Positions 36,199 to 43,608 of a stretch of 64,000 nucleotides of DNA are shown in pieces (within the stretch, counting starts at the first letter, position 1; every line of letters starts with the position of its first letter). The notes under the pieces are model-generated. The model did not search any database. It was not told the origin of the DNA and saw nothing but the letters and a program-made list of their open reading frames with translations. The translations under genes and the position numbers were made by a program. The stretch covers positions 852-64,851 of the forward strand of contig JBKJIG010000044.1 of assembly GCA_046598415.1 (NCBI GenBank). Reading direction: 5' to 3'. Source of the stretch: Gaiellales bacterium. GTDB taxonomy: Bacteria; Actinomycetota; Thermoleophilia; Gaiellales; F1-60-MAGs149.

Positions 36199-37092
36199 TC
36201 AGGCGGAGGCGGCCGCCCGGTACATCGCCGCGGCCTCGGCGAACGCCGCGAGGGTCGCGGGCGTCGCCGGCTCCAGCACCGCGATGACGTGGTCGGCACC
36301 CGCCTCGGCGTGGGCGATCAGCCCGGCTGCGACCTGCTGCGGCGTGCCGCTGAGCGCCTCGCCCTCGGCGTCGGGCGACGCGCCCTGGTACCGGACGGTG
36401 ATGCCGACGGTGATGTCGAGGGTGGCCGGATCGCGCCCGACGCGGGTGCACGCCTCGGTCAGTTCAGCGCGGGTGCTCGCGAGACGCTCGTCCGGCAGGC
36501 CGAACCAGGCGAGGTTCCACGCGTCGGCATGGCGCGCGGTCAGCTCGAGCATGCGCGGCATCTTCGACGCCACCAGGATCGGCAGGTCGGGGCGCGCCGG
36601 TGGCTGAAGCACGGCGTCGCGCGCCGTCACGTAGGTGCCGTCGAGGTCGGCGCGGCCCTCGCGGATCAGGCCCGTGATGACGGCGAGCGATTCCTCGAAG
36701 CGGCTCACCTTGTGATCGGTCGGCCAGCCGAACGCGTCGTACTCGGGGTCGTGCCAGCCGGCACCGACGCCGAGGATCAGCCGGCCCTCGCTGACGTGGT
36801 CGAGGGTCGCCGCCATCTTCGCGAGCAGCGCCGCATTGCGGAATCCGGTGCACATCACGAGCGTGCCGAGCTGGACCCGGCTGGTCGCCTCGGCGATGGC
36901 CGAGAGGATCGTCCAGCACTCGTGGATGCCGGTCGTGACGCCGTCGAAGCGGAACAGCACGTGGTCGAACACCCACACCGAGTCGAGGCCCAGCTCCTCG
37001 GCGCCGACGGCGATCTCGCGGATCTCCGGATACGAGAGCGCGCCGTCGTCCCCGTCCTCCTCCGCGATGGGCAGTACGACTCCGATCCGCAT
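36199..37092 (-). CDS. LLM-class (luciferase-like) F420-dependent oxidoreductase
   Basis: ORF 36199..37092, with GGAGG 5 nt upstream of the ATG. Motifs: LGLDSVWVFDH, LGVGAGW, typical LLM TIM-barrel pattern. Confidence 0.9.
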   Translation of the reverse strand: MRIGVVLPIAEEDGDDGALSYPEIREIAVGAEELGLDSVWVFDHVLFRFDGVTTGIHECWTILSAIAEATSRVQLGTLVMCTGFRNAALLAKMAATLDHVSEGRLILGVGAGWHDPEYDAFGWPTDHKVSRFEESLAVITGLIREGRADLDGTYVTARDAVLQPPARPDLPILVASKMPRMLELTARHADAWNLAWFGLPDERLASTRAELTEACTRVGRDPATLDITVGITVRYQGASPDAEGEALSGTPQQVAAGLIAHAEAGADHVIAVLEPATPATLAAFAEAAAMYRAAASA

Positions 37093-37466
37093 CCCGACCT
37101 CCAGCTCGACGGCGTGAGCGTACGCGACCTGTGTCCCGAAAAGCCCGACGTCCCGTTAGGCGCCGCGGTGGCCGAGCGTGTGGCTCGACAGCGCTGCCAC
37201 GGCGGCACGCGTCGCCAGACGGACGCCCGGCGCGGCGACCTAGCGGGCCGTCCAGACGATCGACGGGCGACCGGTGACGGGGTCGAATGCGGCGACGGCC
37301 AGTGACGGTTCGTCGGCGCCGGAGACCGCCTCGGCGGCGCGCCCGACAGGGCCAGCAGCAGGGCCAACGTGAGCGCACGGCGCATCAGCCGTCAACGTAG
37401 CGCCGCGGAGACCGCGAGATGTGCGCCTGGCTGTCCGTGTCACCGCCCACGATGTAGGCTTGCTAG

Positions 37467-38030
37467 ATGTGTGCACGGCACTTCGTGGCCGTCGCCTGCT
37501 GCGTCGGCGGGCTCCTCTGCTCGGCCGCACCGGCCTCGGCCGCGGGGTGCAGCGCCCAGGACCGGCTGGACGGGTTGACGATGTTCTTCGATGGCTGGTC
37601 GCGCGGCGACCTGACCGCGATGAAGCTCGACCGGCCCGACGCTACCGCGCCCTTCGGGCTCGCCCTGCCGCGCCGTCACCCGCGCTGGCCGCACGAGCTG
37701 CAGGGGCCGAAGACGTGGCGACTCGCGAGCGTCCGTGCGTGGCTGCGCCGCCGCGTCGCGGCCGGCGACCGGGTGACGTTGCTGAGGGTGAGGGTCGGGC
37801 CGACGGACGCGGGTGTCACGGGCGGCACGCTCTCCTATCGCCGCACGGCGCCCGACGTGCGGGGCGGCCACAAGGTCTACGGCCTCGCGAAGTTCGAGAT
37901 GCACTGTGGCGGCCTGACCGCCCTCGGCGGCGGCCGCTCGTGGTGGACGTGGACAACGCCTATCACGCTCTGCCATCCCGGCGAGCGGATCGGCCCGGGC
38001 CAGGCCCGTGCCTGCGGCAACCTGCCGTGA
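37467..38030 (+). CDS. Hypothetical secreted protein or lipoprotein
   Basis: ORF 37467..38030. Signal peptide with a lipobox-like SAAGC (MCARHFVAVACCVGGLLCSAAPASAAGC). High third-position GC. No domain recognised. Confidence 0.6.
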   Translation: MCARHFVAVACCVGGLLCSAAPASAAGCSAQDRLDGLTMFFDGWSRGDLTAMKLDRPDATAPFGLALPRRHPRWPHELQGPKTWRLASVRAWLRRRVAAGDRVTLLRVRVGPTDAGVTGGTLSYRRTAPDVRGGHKVYGLAKFEMHCGGLTALGGGRSWWTWTTPITLCHPGERIGPGQARACGNLP

Positions 38031-38048
38031 GTCCAGCGCGCGTTCGCG

Positions 38049-38190
38049 CGCCTTCCATGCGCGGGGTCAGACCCCGAATCGGCCGGTTCCGGGGTCTGAC
38101 CCCAGAACGGAAGGCGCACGGGTCGCGCAAAGGTCGCGCGTCGGGTAGCGAGATGGCGCGGGTGGTGCGCGAGTTGGCACGGTGACGCGG
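38049..38190 (+). repeat. Dispersed palindromic intergenic repeat, copy C
   Basis: GCGCCTTCC..GGGGTCAGACCCC (38063-38075), a 15-nt spacer, GGGGTCTGACCCC (38091-38103) ..GGAAGGCGC, then flank ...GGTCGCGCGTCGGG... GGCACGGTGACGCGG. Sits between two convergent genes, so it may also act as their terminator. Confidence 0.8.
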
Positions 38191-38270
38191 CCTGGTGCGT
38201 GGTAGGCGCACGGATCTCGCAAGCCGCGCTGGGGCGCCACGGATCGTCGCCGACTCGCCCGGCGGCGGCG

Positions 38271-38645
38271 CTATGACCGGACGCGGTCCGTCGCCGCGCG
38301 CCAGCGGCGGCCGAGGCGGTCGCGCAGCGACTCCACCGGCGGCGGCGCGGGCGGCAGCACGTTGAGGAAGCACGCCAGGCGCTCCGTCTCGTCGTCGTCG
38401 AGGCCGATCGCGGCCAGGGCCGAGCCATCCTGGTGCCAGATACTGATCCTCGTCTGCCGCTCGCCTGGGTCGGCACCCAGGTAGCGGCTGACACGGAGCG
38501 CGAGCTCCTGATCGGCTTCGTGGCCCGGATGCGGCGCGAAGAACTCGACCAGCTTCAGCCGCTGCGGCGCCGCACACCACGGGCAGTAGCGGAAGGTCCG
38601 CTCCACCTCGCGCTGGCACGTCGGACAGGGCTGTGCGGCGGGCAT
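38271..38645 (-). CDS. Zinc-ribbon domain protein of unknown function
   Basis: ATG at 38645 (MPAAQPCPTCQREVERTFRYCPWCAAP) inside ORF 38271..38681. CxxC-N12-CxxC zinc ribbon at the N-terminus. Confidence 0.65.
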   Translation of the reverse strand: MPAAQPCPTCQREVERTFRYCPWCAAPQRLKLVEFFAPHPGHEADQELALRVSRYLGADPGERQTRISIWHQDGSALAAIGLDDDETERLACFLNVLPPAPPPVESLRDRLGRRWRAATDRVRS

Positions 38646-38866
38646 GGAGGCAGCGTACGTCGGTCGGCGGGTCGCCCGCAAGGCGTAGACTCAGCGCATG
38701 GAGAAGAACGGGATCGTCGCTGACGGCAAACGGCGCCTGGAGGCCGGCGAGAAGGGCGAGGGCCCGCCGCAATCGCTGCTCGCGCGCGTGCTGGGGATCC
38801 TCGGCTGGGGCAGCAAGCCCGACCAGCGGGTCTTCTAGTCACGCTGGGTGTCGCGCCGGTGTTCCG

Positions 38867-39581
38867 TCAGCCGGCGGCAGGCTGGCCAGTCCAGTACGCC
38901 ACCAGGCGGTCGGCCAGCTCCTCCGGCTGGCTCAGCGCCACCATGTGGCCACCGGGCATCTCGTCGGGCGTGATGCCGAGGCGCTCCTCGGCCACACGGC
39001 GTTGGAACCCGGCCGGGAAGAACCGGTCGTCCCGGGCCACCAGCACCCGCGTGCGCACCGGTGGCCACGACGTCACCGGGGGTGGGCTGGAGAACGGCGT
39101 CGCCGTCTGACCGGGCCCGTCCATCCCCAGGGCCTCGGCCACGACGTCGGCCGGCACGTCGTGGAAGAAGTCGCCCACGACGTCGTCCGCCACGACCGGC
39201 CTCCCCTCACTGGCCGCGAGCGCGGCGTGCGCCTCGCCCTGCCCGGTCGCATCCCACCACTCCCCCGCGGTCTCGCCGGGCGCCGGGATCATCGCGTTCA
39301 CCAGCACCAGCAGCGTCACGTCGAGCCGGGCGCAGACCAATGGCGCCGTGAAAGCCGCCGAACGAGTGCGCGACGATCACGATCGGCCGCCGCCTGCCGA
39401 CGGCTTCCACCACCGCGGCAGCGTACTCCGGCAGCCCGGCGCGCTCGTCGGCCGCCGGCAGGTCGACCGCCAGCGCGTCGACGCCGCGTGCTTCGAGCTC
39501 GGACACGAGCCGGTGCCAGTCCCAGGCGGCACCGCCGGCGCCGGGGATGAGGACGAACGTGGGACGACGGCTGGCTGCCAT
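38867..39581 (-). pseudogene. Alpha/beta hydrolase interrupted by a 1-nt frameshift
   Basis: ORF 39207..39602 gives MAASRRPTFVLIPGAGGAAWDWHRLV...IVIVAHSFGGF. ORF 38867..39340 continues in another frame (LVCARLDVTLLVLVNAMIPAPGE...GGHMVALSQPEEL). Removing one T from the TTT at 39351-39353 (coding strand) restores AHSFGGFTAPLVCARL. Confidence 0.7.
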
Positions 39582-39619
39582 GTGCCCGGCAGGATGCCGC
39601 ACACGAGTACGATCTCGGC

Positions 39620-40270
39620 GTGCCGCTCGACGATCTGCTCCGTGGCAACCGCCTGTGGGCCGCCGACGTGGTCCGCCGCGATCCGGGGTTCTTCGCCCGC
39701 CTGGTTGCGCAGCAGGCGCCGCAGTACCTGTGGATCGGCTGCTCCGACAGCCGCGTCCCGGCCAACGAGGTCACCGGCACCGATCCGGGCGAGATGTTCG
39801 TGCACCGCAACGTGGCGAACCTCGTCGTGCACACGGACCTGAACTGCCTGTCGACGCTGCAGTACGCCGTCGACGTGCTCGGCGTGCAGCAGATCGTGGT
39901 GTGCGGCCACCTGGGCTGCGGCGGCGTGCGCGCCGCGCTCGACCGGGAGCGGCACGGCCTGATCGACAACTGGCTGCGGCACGTCCAGGACGTCGCTCAC
40001 GAGCACGCCGATCTGCTCGCGACGGCGCCGGAAACCGACCGGCCCGACCTGCTCTGCCGCCTGAACGTGGTCGAGCAGGTCACGAACGTCTGCCGGACGA
40101 CCATCGTCCAGGAGGCCTGGACGCGCGGCCAGACGATCTCGGTGCACGGCGTGGTCTACAGCCTCTCTGACGGCGTCCTGCGCGACCTCGGTGTCACGAC
40201 GTCGGGGCCGGACGAGATCGACGACCGGCGCGAGGCGACTGTGGCGCGCCTCGCGACCGAACTCGTCTAG
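39620..40270 (+). CDS. Beta-class carbonic anhydrase
   Basis: ORF 39620..40270 (GTG start). Zinc ligand motifs GCSDSRV and VCGHLGCGG, plus FVHRNVANLV. Confidence 0.9.
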   Translation: MPLDDLLRGNRLWAADVVRRDPGFFARLVAQQAPQYLWIGCSDSRVPANEVTGTDPGEMFVHRNVANLVVHTDLNCLSTLQYAVDVLGVQQIVVCGHLGCGGVRAALDRERHGLIDNWLRHVQDVAHEHADLLATAPETDRPDLLCRLNVVEQVTNVCRTTIVQEAWTRGQTISVHGVVYSLSDGVLRDLGVTTSGPDEIDDRREATVARLATELV

Positions 40271-40298
40271 CCGCAGCTCGACGGAGTACCGTCGGGGC

Positions 40299-40739
40299 AT
40301 GCGCGAGGAGATCGGACCGCCCCTGCTGCTCTCGAACGGCACGCCCGTGCCGCGCCGGCTGCTGCGCATGTCCGCCGTGACGTCGCCCGGCCCCGGTGGC
40401 CAGCACGTCAACCGGTCGAACACCGCCGTCGAGCTGCGGGTCTCGGTCGACGACCTGCCGCTGTCGGCCGAGCAGCTCGCCCTCCTGCGCGAGCGCCTGG
40501 CCGCCCGCATCACGAAGTCGGACGAGCTGCGCATCGAGTCGTCCGATCACCGATCGCAGTGGCGCAATCGGCGGACGGCCGAGCAGCGGCTGATCGCGAT
40601 GATCGACGCGGCGCTGGTGATGGCGCCGGAGCGCACGCCGACGCGCCCGTCGCGCGCCGCGCTGGCTCGGCGTCGCGCCGACCGCGAACGCGCCCGGGCC
40701 AGCCGGGCGCAGCGCCGCCGGCCGGGGCGCGACGACTAG
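40299..40739 (+). CDS. arfB: Alternative ribosome-rescue factor ArfB (peptidyl-tRNA hydrolase, RF-1 domain)
   Basis: ATG at 40299 (MREEIGPP) inside ORF 40191..40739. GGQ motif in SPGPGGQHVNRSNTAVELR and a basic C-terminal tail. About 146 aa, typical for ArfB. Confidence 0.85.
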   Translation: MREEIGPPLLLSNGTPVPRRLLRMSAVTSPGPGGQHVNRSNTAVELRVSVDDLPLSAEQLALLRERLAARITKSDELRIESSDHRSQWRNRRTAEQRLIAMIDAALVMAPERTPTRPSRAALARRRADRERARASRAQRRRPGRDD

Positions 40740-41923
40740 CGGAGGGCCTCCTGGAATTCGGCATCGGCCAGCGCCGTCTCCAGGATCCGCAGGATCGTGC
40801 CCGGTCCGCCGCGGAGCGGGTTGATGCGGATCGCCCAGTGCTCGAGGCCGGGCGCGGCCTTCAGGAACGTGCTCGTCAGGTAGGTGAACAGCGGCAGGAA
40901 CTCGAACTGCGCCTCCTCGCCGACCGACTGGCTGGGCGAGCCGCTGCGCCAGGCCGACTGGAGAAACGGGACGGCGACGGGTCGTTCGAAGACGAGCACG
41001 ACGCAGCGGACGCCGGGCTGCGCCGCGTACGCACGGGCGAGACCGGGCAGGCTGCTGCCGGCACGAATCCGCTCGTTGATCTGCGCGACGGCCGCGGTGA
41101 CCGCCGCGTCCTGCACGGCCAGCGCGACGGGGGCCGTTACCAGAGCGCGCAGGGCAGCCATCGCCTGCGGGCCCTGCACCTGACAGCCGGCCGAGGAGAG
41201 GTCGCGGCGAATCTGTGCGACCGTCTCGGCGCCGCCCAGCACGACCCCGATCGGGTCGGGGGCCAGCAGCTTGAACAGCGACAGCGCCGAGGCGTCCGCG
41301 CCCAGCTGCACGCCGATGCGAGCGGCGCGCATGCCGGCGTAGTTGTCGTCGACCAGGATCCGCACGGTCGGCCCGGCGGTCGCCTGGATCAGCTCGATCG
41401 TCTGGCCGAGGTCGTAGCAGTCGCCGAGCTGCTGCGGCACGTGCTGCAGGTAGACCGTGGCCGGCGGGCGCTCGCGCAGGCTCCGCTCGAGCGCGCCGGC
41501 ATCGTTGAAGTCGGCGTAGGCGATGTCGAGGCCCATGTGGCGCATCGCCGGCAGCGTCGTCTTGTACGGGGGGGCGCCGTGCAGCAGGATGCGGCTGCCG
41601 GGGGCGGTCGACGCGTTCAGCATCGCGCGGATCGCACCGCTGCCCGCGCCCGGCACCAGCACCGCCGCGCAGGCGTCGAAGTACCGAGCCAGCACCTTCT
41701 CGACCAGAGCCGTCGCGCGCGGCCGGCCGCCGCCGCCGAAGCCGACCGTGGCGAGCTCGCGCACCTGCCCGTAGTCCTCGGTGAACACTGCGTCGGAGCC
41801 CATCACCTGCTGGGCGATGTCGACCAGCTTGAACTGCGCCGTGATCGCATCGTCGAGCGACATCTGCCCGCGGACGACCGTCGAGTCCCACTGTCGCAGG
41901 AGGTCGTGCAGGTCGCCGCTCAT
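40736..41923 (-). CDS. yhfS: YhfS-like PLP-dependent (SelA/aminotransferase-fold) enzyme
   Basis: ORF 40736..41923. GAGSGAIRAM, DDNYAGMRAARIGVQLGADASALSLFKLLAPDPIGVVLG (Lys in SLFKLL) and the C-terminal EHWAIRINPLRGGPGTILRILE agree with my recollection of E. coli YhfS. ATGA overlap with the upstream PHP gene. Confidence 0.8.
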   Translation of the reverse strand: MSGDLHDLLRQWDSTVVRGQMSLDDAITAQFKLVDIAQQVMGSDAVFTEDYGQVRELATVGFGGGGRPRATALVEKVLARYFDACAAVLVPGAGSGAIRAMLNASTAPGSRILLHGAPPYKTTLPAMRHMGLDIAYADFNDAGALERSLRERPPATVYLQHVPQQLGDCYDLGQTIELIQATAGPTVRILVDDNYAGMRAARIGVQLGADASALSLFKLLAPDPIGVVLGGAETVAQIRRDLSSAGCQVQGPQAMAALRALVTAPVALAVQDAAVTAAVAQINERIRAGSSLPGLARAYAAQPGVRCVVLVFERPVAVPFLQSAWRSGSPSQSVGEEAQFEFLPLFTYLTSTFLKAAPGLEHWAIRINPLRGGPGTILRILETALADAEFQEALR

Positions 41924-43203
41924 GGGCGGCGCGCGCGCTTGCGCATGACCTCGACCTCGGCCCAGGTCCGCGTGTTGACGATGTCGGCCGGGTTCGCCCA
42001 GGCGCGCCGCGCGACCGTGACGCCGTACCGGATGTTCGCGAGCGTGCCGACCTCGTGTGCGTCGGTCGAGATCACGAGCGGCACACCGGCCTGGCGGGCG
42101 GCCCGCGCGTTGCGCGCCGACAGATCGAGCCGCTCCGGGTTCGAGTTGATCTCGAGGAACGTGCCGTGCTCGGCGCAGGCGGCGATCAGCGCGGCGATGT
42201 CGGTCGCCGCCGGCGACCGGTGGCTCAGGTGCCGGCCGGTCGGATGGCCGACCACGTCGACCAGTGGGTGGGACGCCGCCGCCACCATCTTGGCCGTCGC
42301 CCGGATGGCGTTCTGGCGCAGCTCGGTGTGGGGGGAGGCGACCACCCAGTCCAGCTCGGCCAGCACGTCGTCGGGGTAGTCGAGCGAGCCGTCGCGGAGG
42401 ATGTCGACCTCGGTGCCGGCCAGCAGCGTGAAGCCCTCGGGCGCGAGCCTCGCGGCGACCTCGCGGATGGCCGCGACGTGCTCGCGCAGCTGCCCGACGT
42501 CGAGGCCGATGCCGGGCTCGAGCGAGTTCACGTTCGGCGTGTGCTCGGTGATCGCGAGATAGCTGTAGCCGCGCGCCAGCGCCGCGCGCGCCATCTCCTC
42601 GATGCTGTGCACGCCGTCGGAGGCCGTCGTGTGGGAGTGCAGGTCGCCCCGGATGTCGCCGACCGTGACCAGGTCCGTCAGCTCGCCGGCGCGGGCGGCA
42701 TCGAGCTCGCCGGTGCCTTCGCGCAGCTCCGGCGGCAGGTACGGGTGGCCGAGGCGCTCGTACAGCTCGGCCTCGCTCGTCGGCGCCGCGCCGCGCGATG
42801 CGCCCGCCGCCAGCGCGCGGTTGTGCGCGGGCGAGCCTGTGAGCCGCTGCAGCGCCGCCACGTACCTGGACGGCACGACTGCGTGCAGCGTCACGCGCAT
42901 GCCGTCGACGGTGAGCACCGTCGCGCGCGACGTGGTGGCGCCGAGGACGGTGCCGACGGCAGCGGACGCCGCGAAGGCGGCGACGATCGCGGCCGGCACC
43001 TCGGCGGCGACCAGCAGCTCGATCGCGTCGAAGCGCTCGTGCCGGCGCCGCAGCGTGCCGACCGCGGAGCCGTCGGTGCAGCCGGGTTGCGATGTCAGCC
43101 AGGCGAGGAGGCGGTCGGCGAGCTCGGTCGCCTCGTCGAGTAGAACCCGGCGGCCGCGCGAGTCTTGACGCGAGTTTTGCACCCGGCCATTATGTACTGA
43201 CAT
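41920..43203 (-). CDS. PolX-derived PHP-domain phosphoesterase (N-terminally truncated, degenerate palm)
   Basis: ORF 41920..43203. Residual Pol-beta palm GTLRRRHERFDAIELLV (DxD degraded to D-A-I-E), located ~45 aa from the N-terminus instead of ~180. Complete PHP domain: GDLHSHTTASDG, ITEHTP, STDAHE. The start could also be GTG at 43182. Confidence 0.8.
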   Translation of the reverse strand: MSVHNGRVQNSRQDSRGRRVLLDEATELADRLLAWLTSQPGCTDGSAVGTLRRRHERFDAIELLVAAEVPAAIVAAFAASAAVGTVLGATTSRATVLTVDGMRVTLHAVVPSRYVAALQRLTGSPAHNRALAAGASRGAAPTSEAELYERLGHPYLPPELREGTGELDAARAGELTDLVTVGDIRGDLHSHTTASDGVHSIEEMARAALARGYSYLAITEHTPNVNSLEPGIGLDVGQLREHVAAIREVAARLAPEGFTLLAGTEVDILRDGSLDYPDDVLAELDWVVASPHTELRQNAIRATAKMVAAASHPLVDVVGHPTGRHLSHRSPAATDIAALIAACAEHGTFLEINSNPERLDLSARNARAARQAGVPLVISTDAHEVGTLANIRYGVTVARRAWANPADIVNTRTWAEVEVMRKRARRP

Positions 43204-43595
43204 TACGACATGGTGGTAGCCAGATCCCCCGCGACGCGTTTACAGCACGCCTCGATCTCCTCGAGGACTCCGGCCAGGTCTCGGCGGTCGCGCGACAGCA
43301 GACGCTCGACTTCGTCGCCGCCGTCGAGGCGGGCTTCACCGTCGAACTCGACGAGGAGAACGGGGCGATGCTCGTCACGCACCTCGCGATGGCGCTGACG
43401 CGTACCGAGCGCCGGGCGCCGCTGCTCGAGGAGCCGCCGGCCGTGATCGTGTCGGAGGCGCACGCCAATCCAGCCGAGCTGCTGTTCGTGCGCGAGCGGC
43501 TCGACGCGTACGGCGCGGTGCTCGGCGAGGCCCTGCCAGAGTCGGAACTCGTGTTCATGACGGCCCACCTCTGCTCGGTCACGCTGCCCGGATGA
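43197..43595 (+). CDS. yhfY: Stand-alone PRD-domain protein (YhfY-like)
   Basis: Frame of ORF 43092..43595. PRD signature with two His about 60 residues apart (MLVTHLAMALTR and VFMTAHLCSV). No ATG or GTG lies in frame near the 5' end. CTG at 43197 is provisional. An out-of-frame ATG at 43210 followed by a C5 run is an alternative. Confidence 0.6.
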   Translation: MTLRHGGSQIPRDAFTARLDLLEDSGQVSAVARQQTLDFVAAVEAGFTVELDEENGAMLVTHLAMALTRTERRAPLLEEPPAVIVSEAHANPAELLFVRERLDAYGAVLGEALPESELVFMTAHLCSVTLPG

Positions 43596-43608
43596 ACGGG
43601 CGCCGCTG

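Noticed and set aside
18830-38103. Possibility that the GGGGTC(A/T)GACCCC repeats are a CRISPR array.
   Set aside because: The units occur only as pairs (one triple) at four loci separated by 5-15 kb. There is no regular repeat-spacer periodicity and no cas genes. They are palindromic, which fits REP/MITE-like elements better.
38698-38838. 46-aa ORF MEKNGIVADGKRRLEAGEKGEGPPQSLLARVLGILGWGSKPDQRVF between the zinc-ribbon gene and the frameshifted hydrolase.
   Set aside because: It has a plausible ATG and decent codon usage but no recognisable RBS, motif or coupling. It is too short to support from sequence alone and would need conservation or Ribo-seq evidence.
41920-43203. Annotating the PHP protein as a functional DNA polymerase X.
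   Set aside because: The N-terminal 8-kDa and fingers domains are absent, and the palm DxD is degraded (DAIE). Only the PHP esterase part looks functional.
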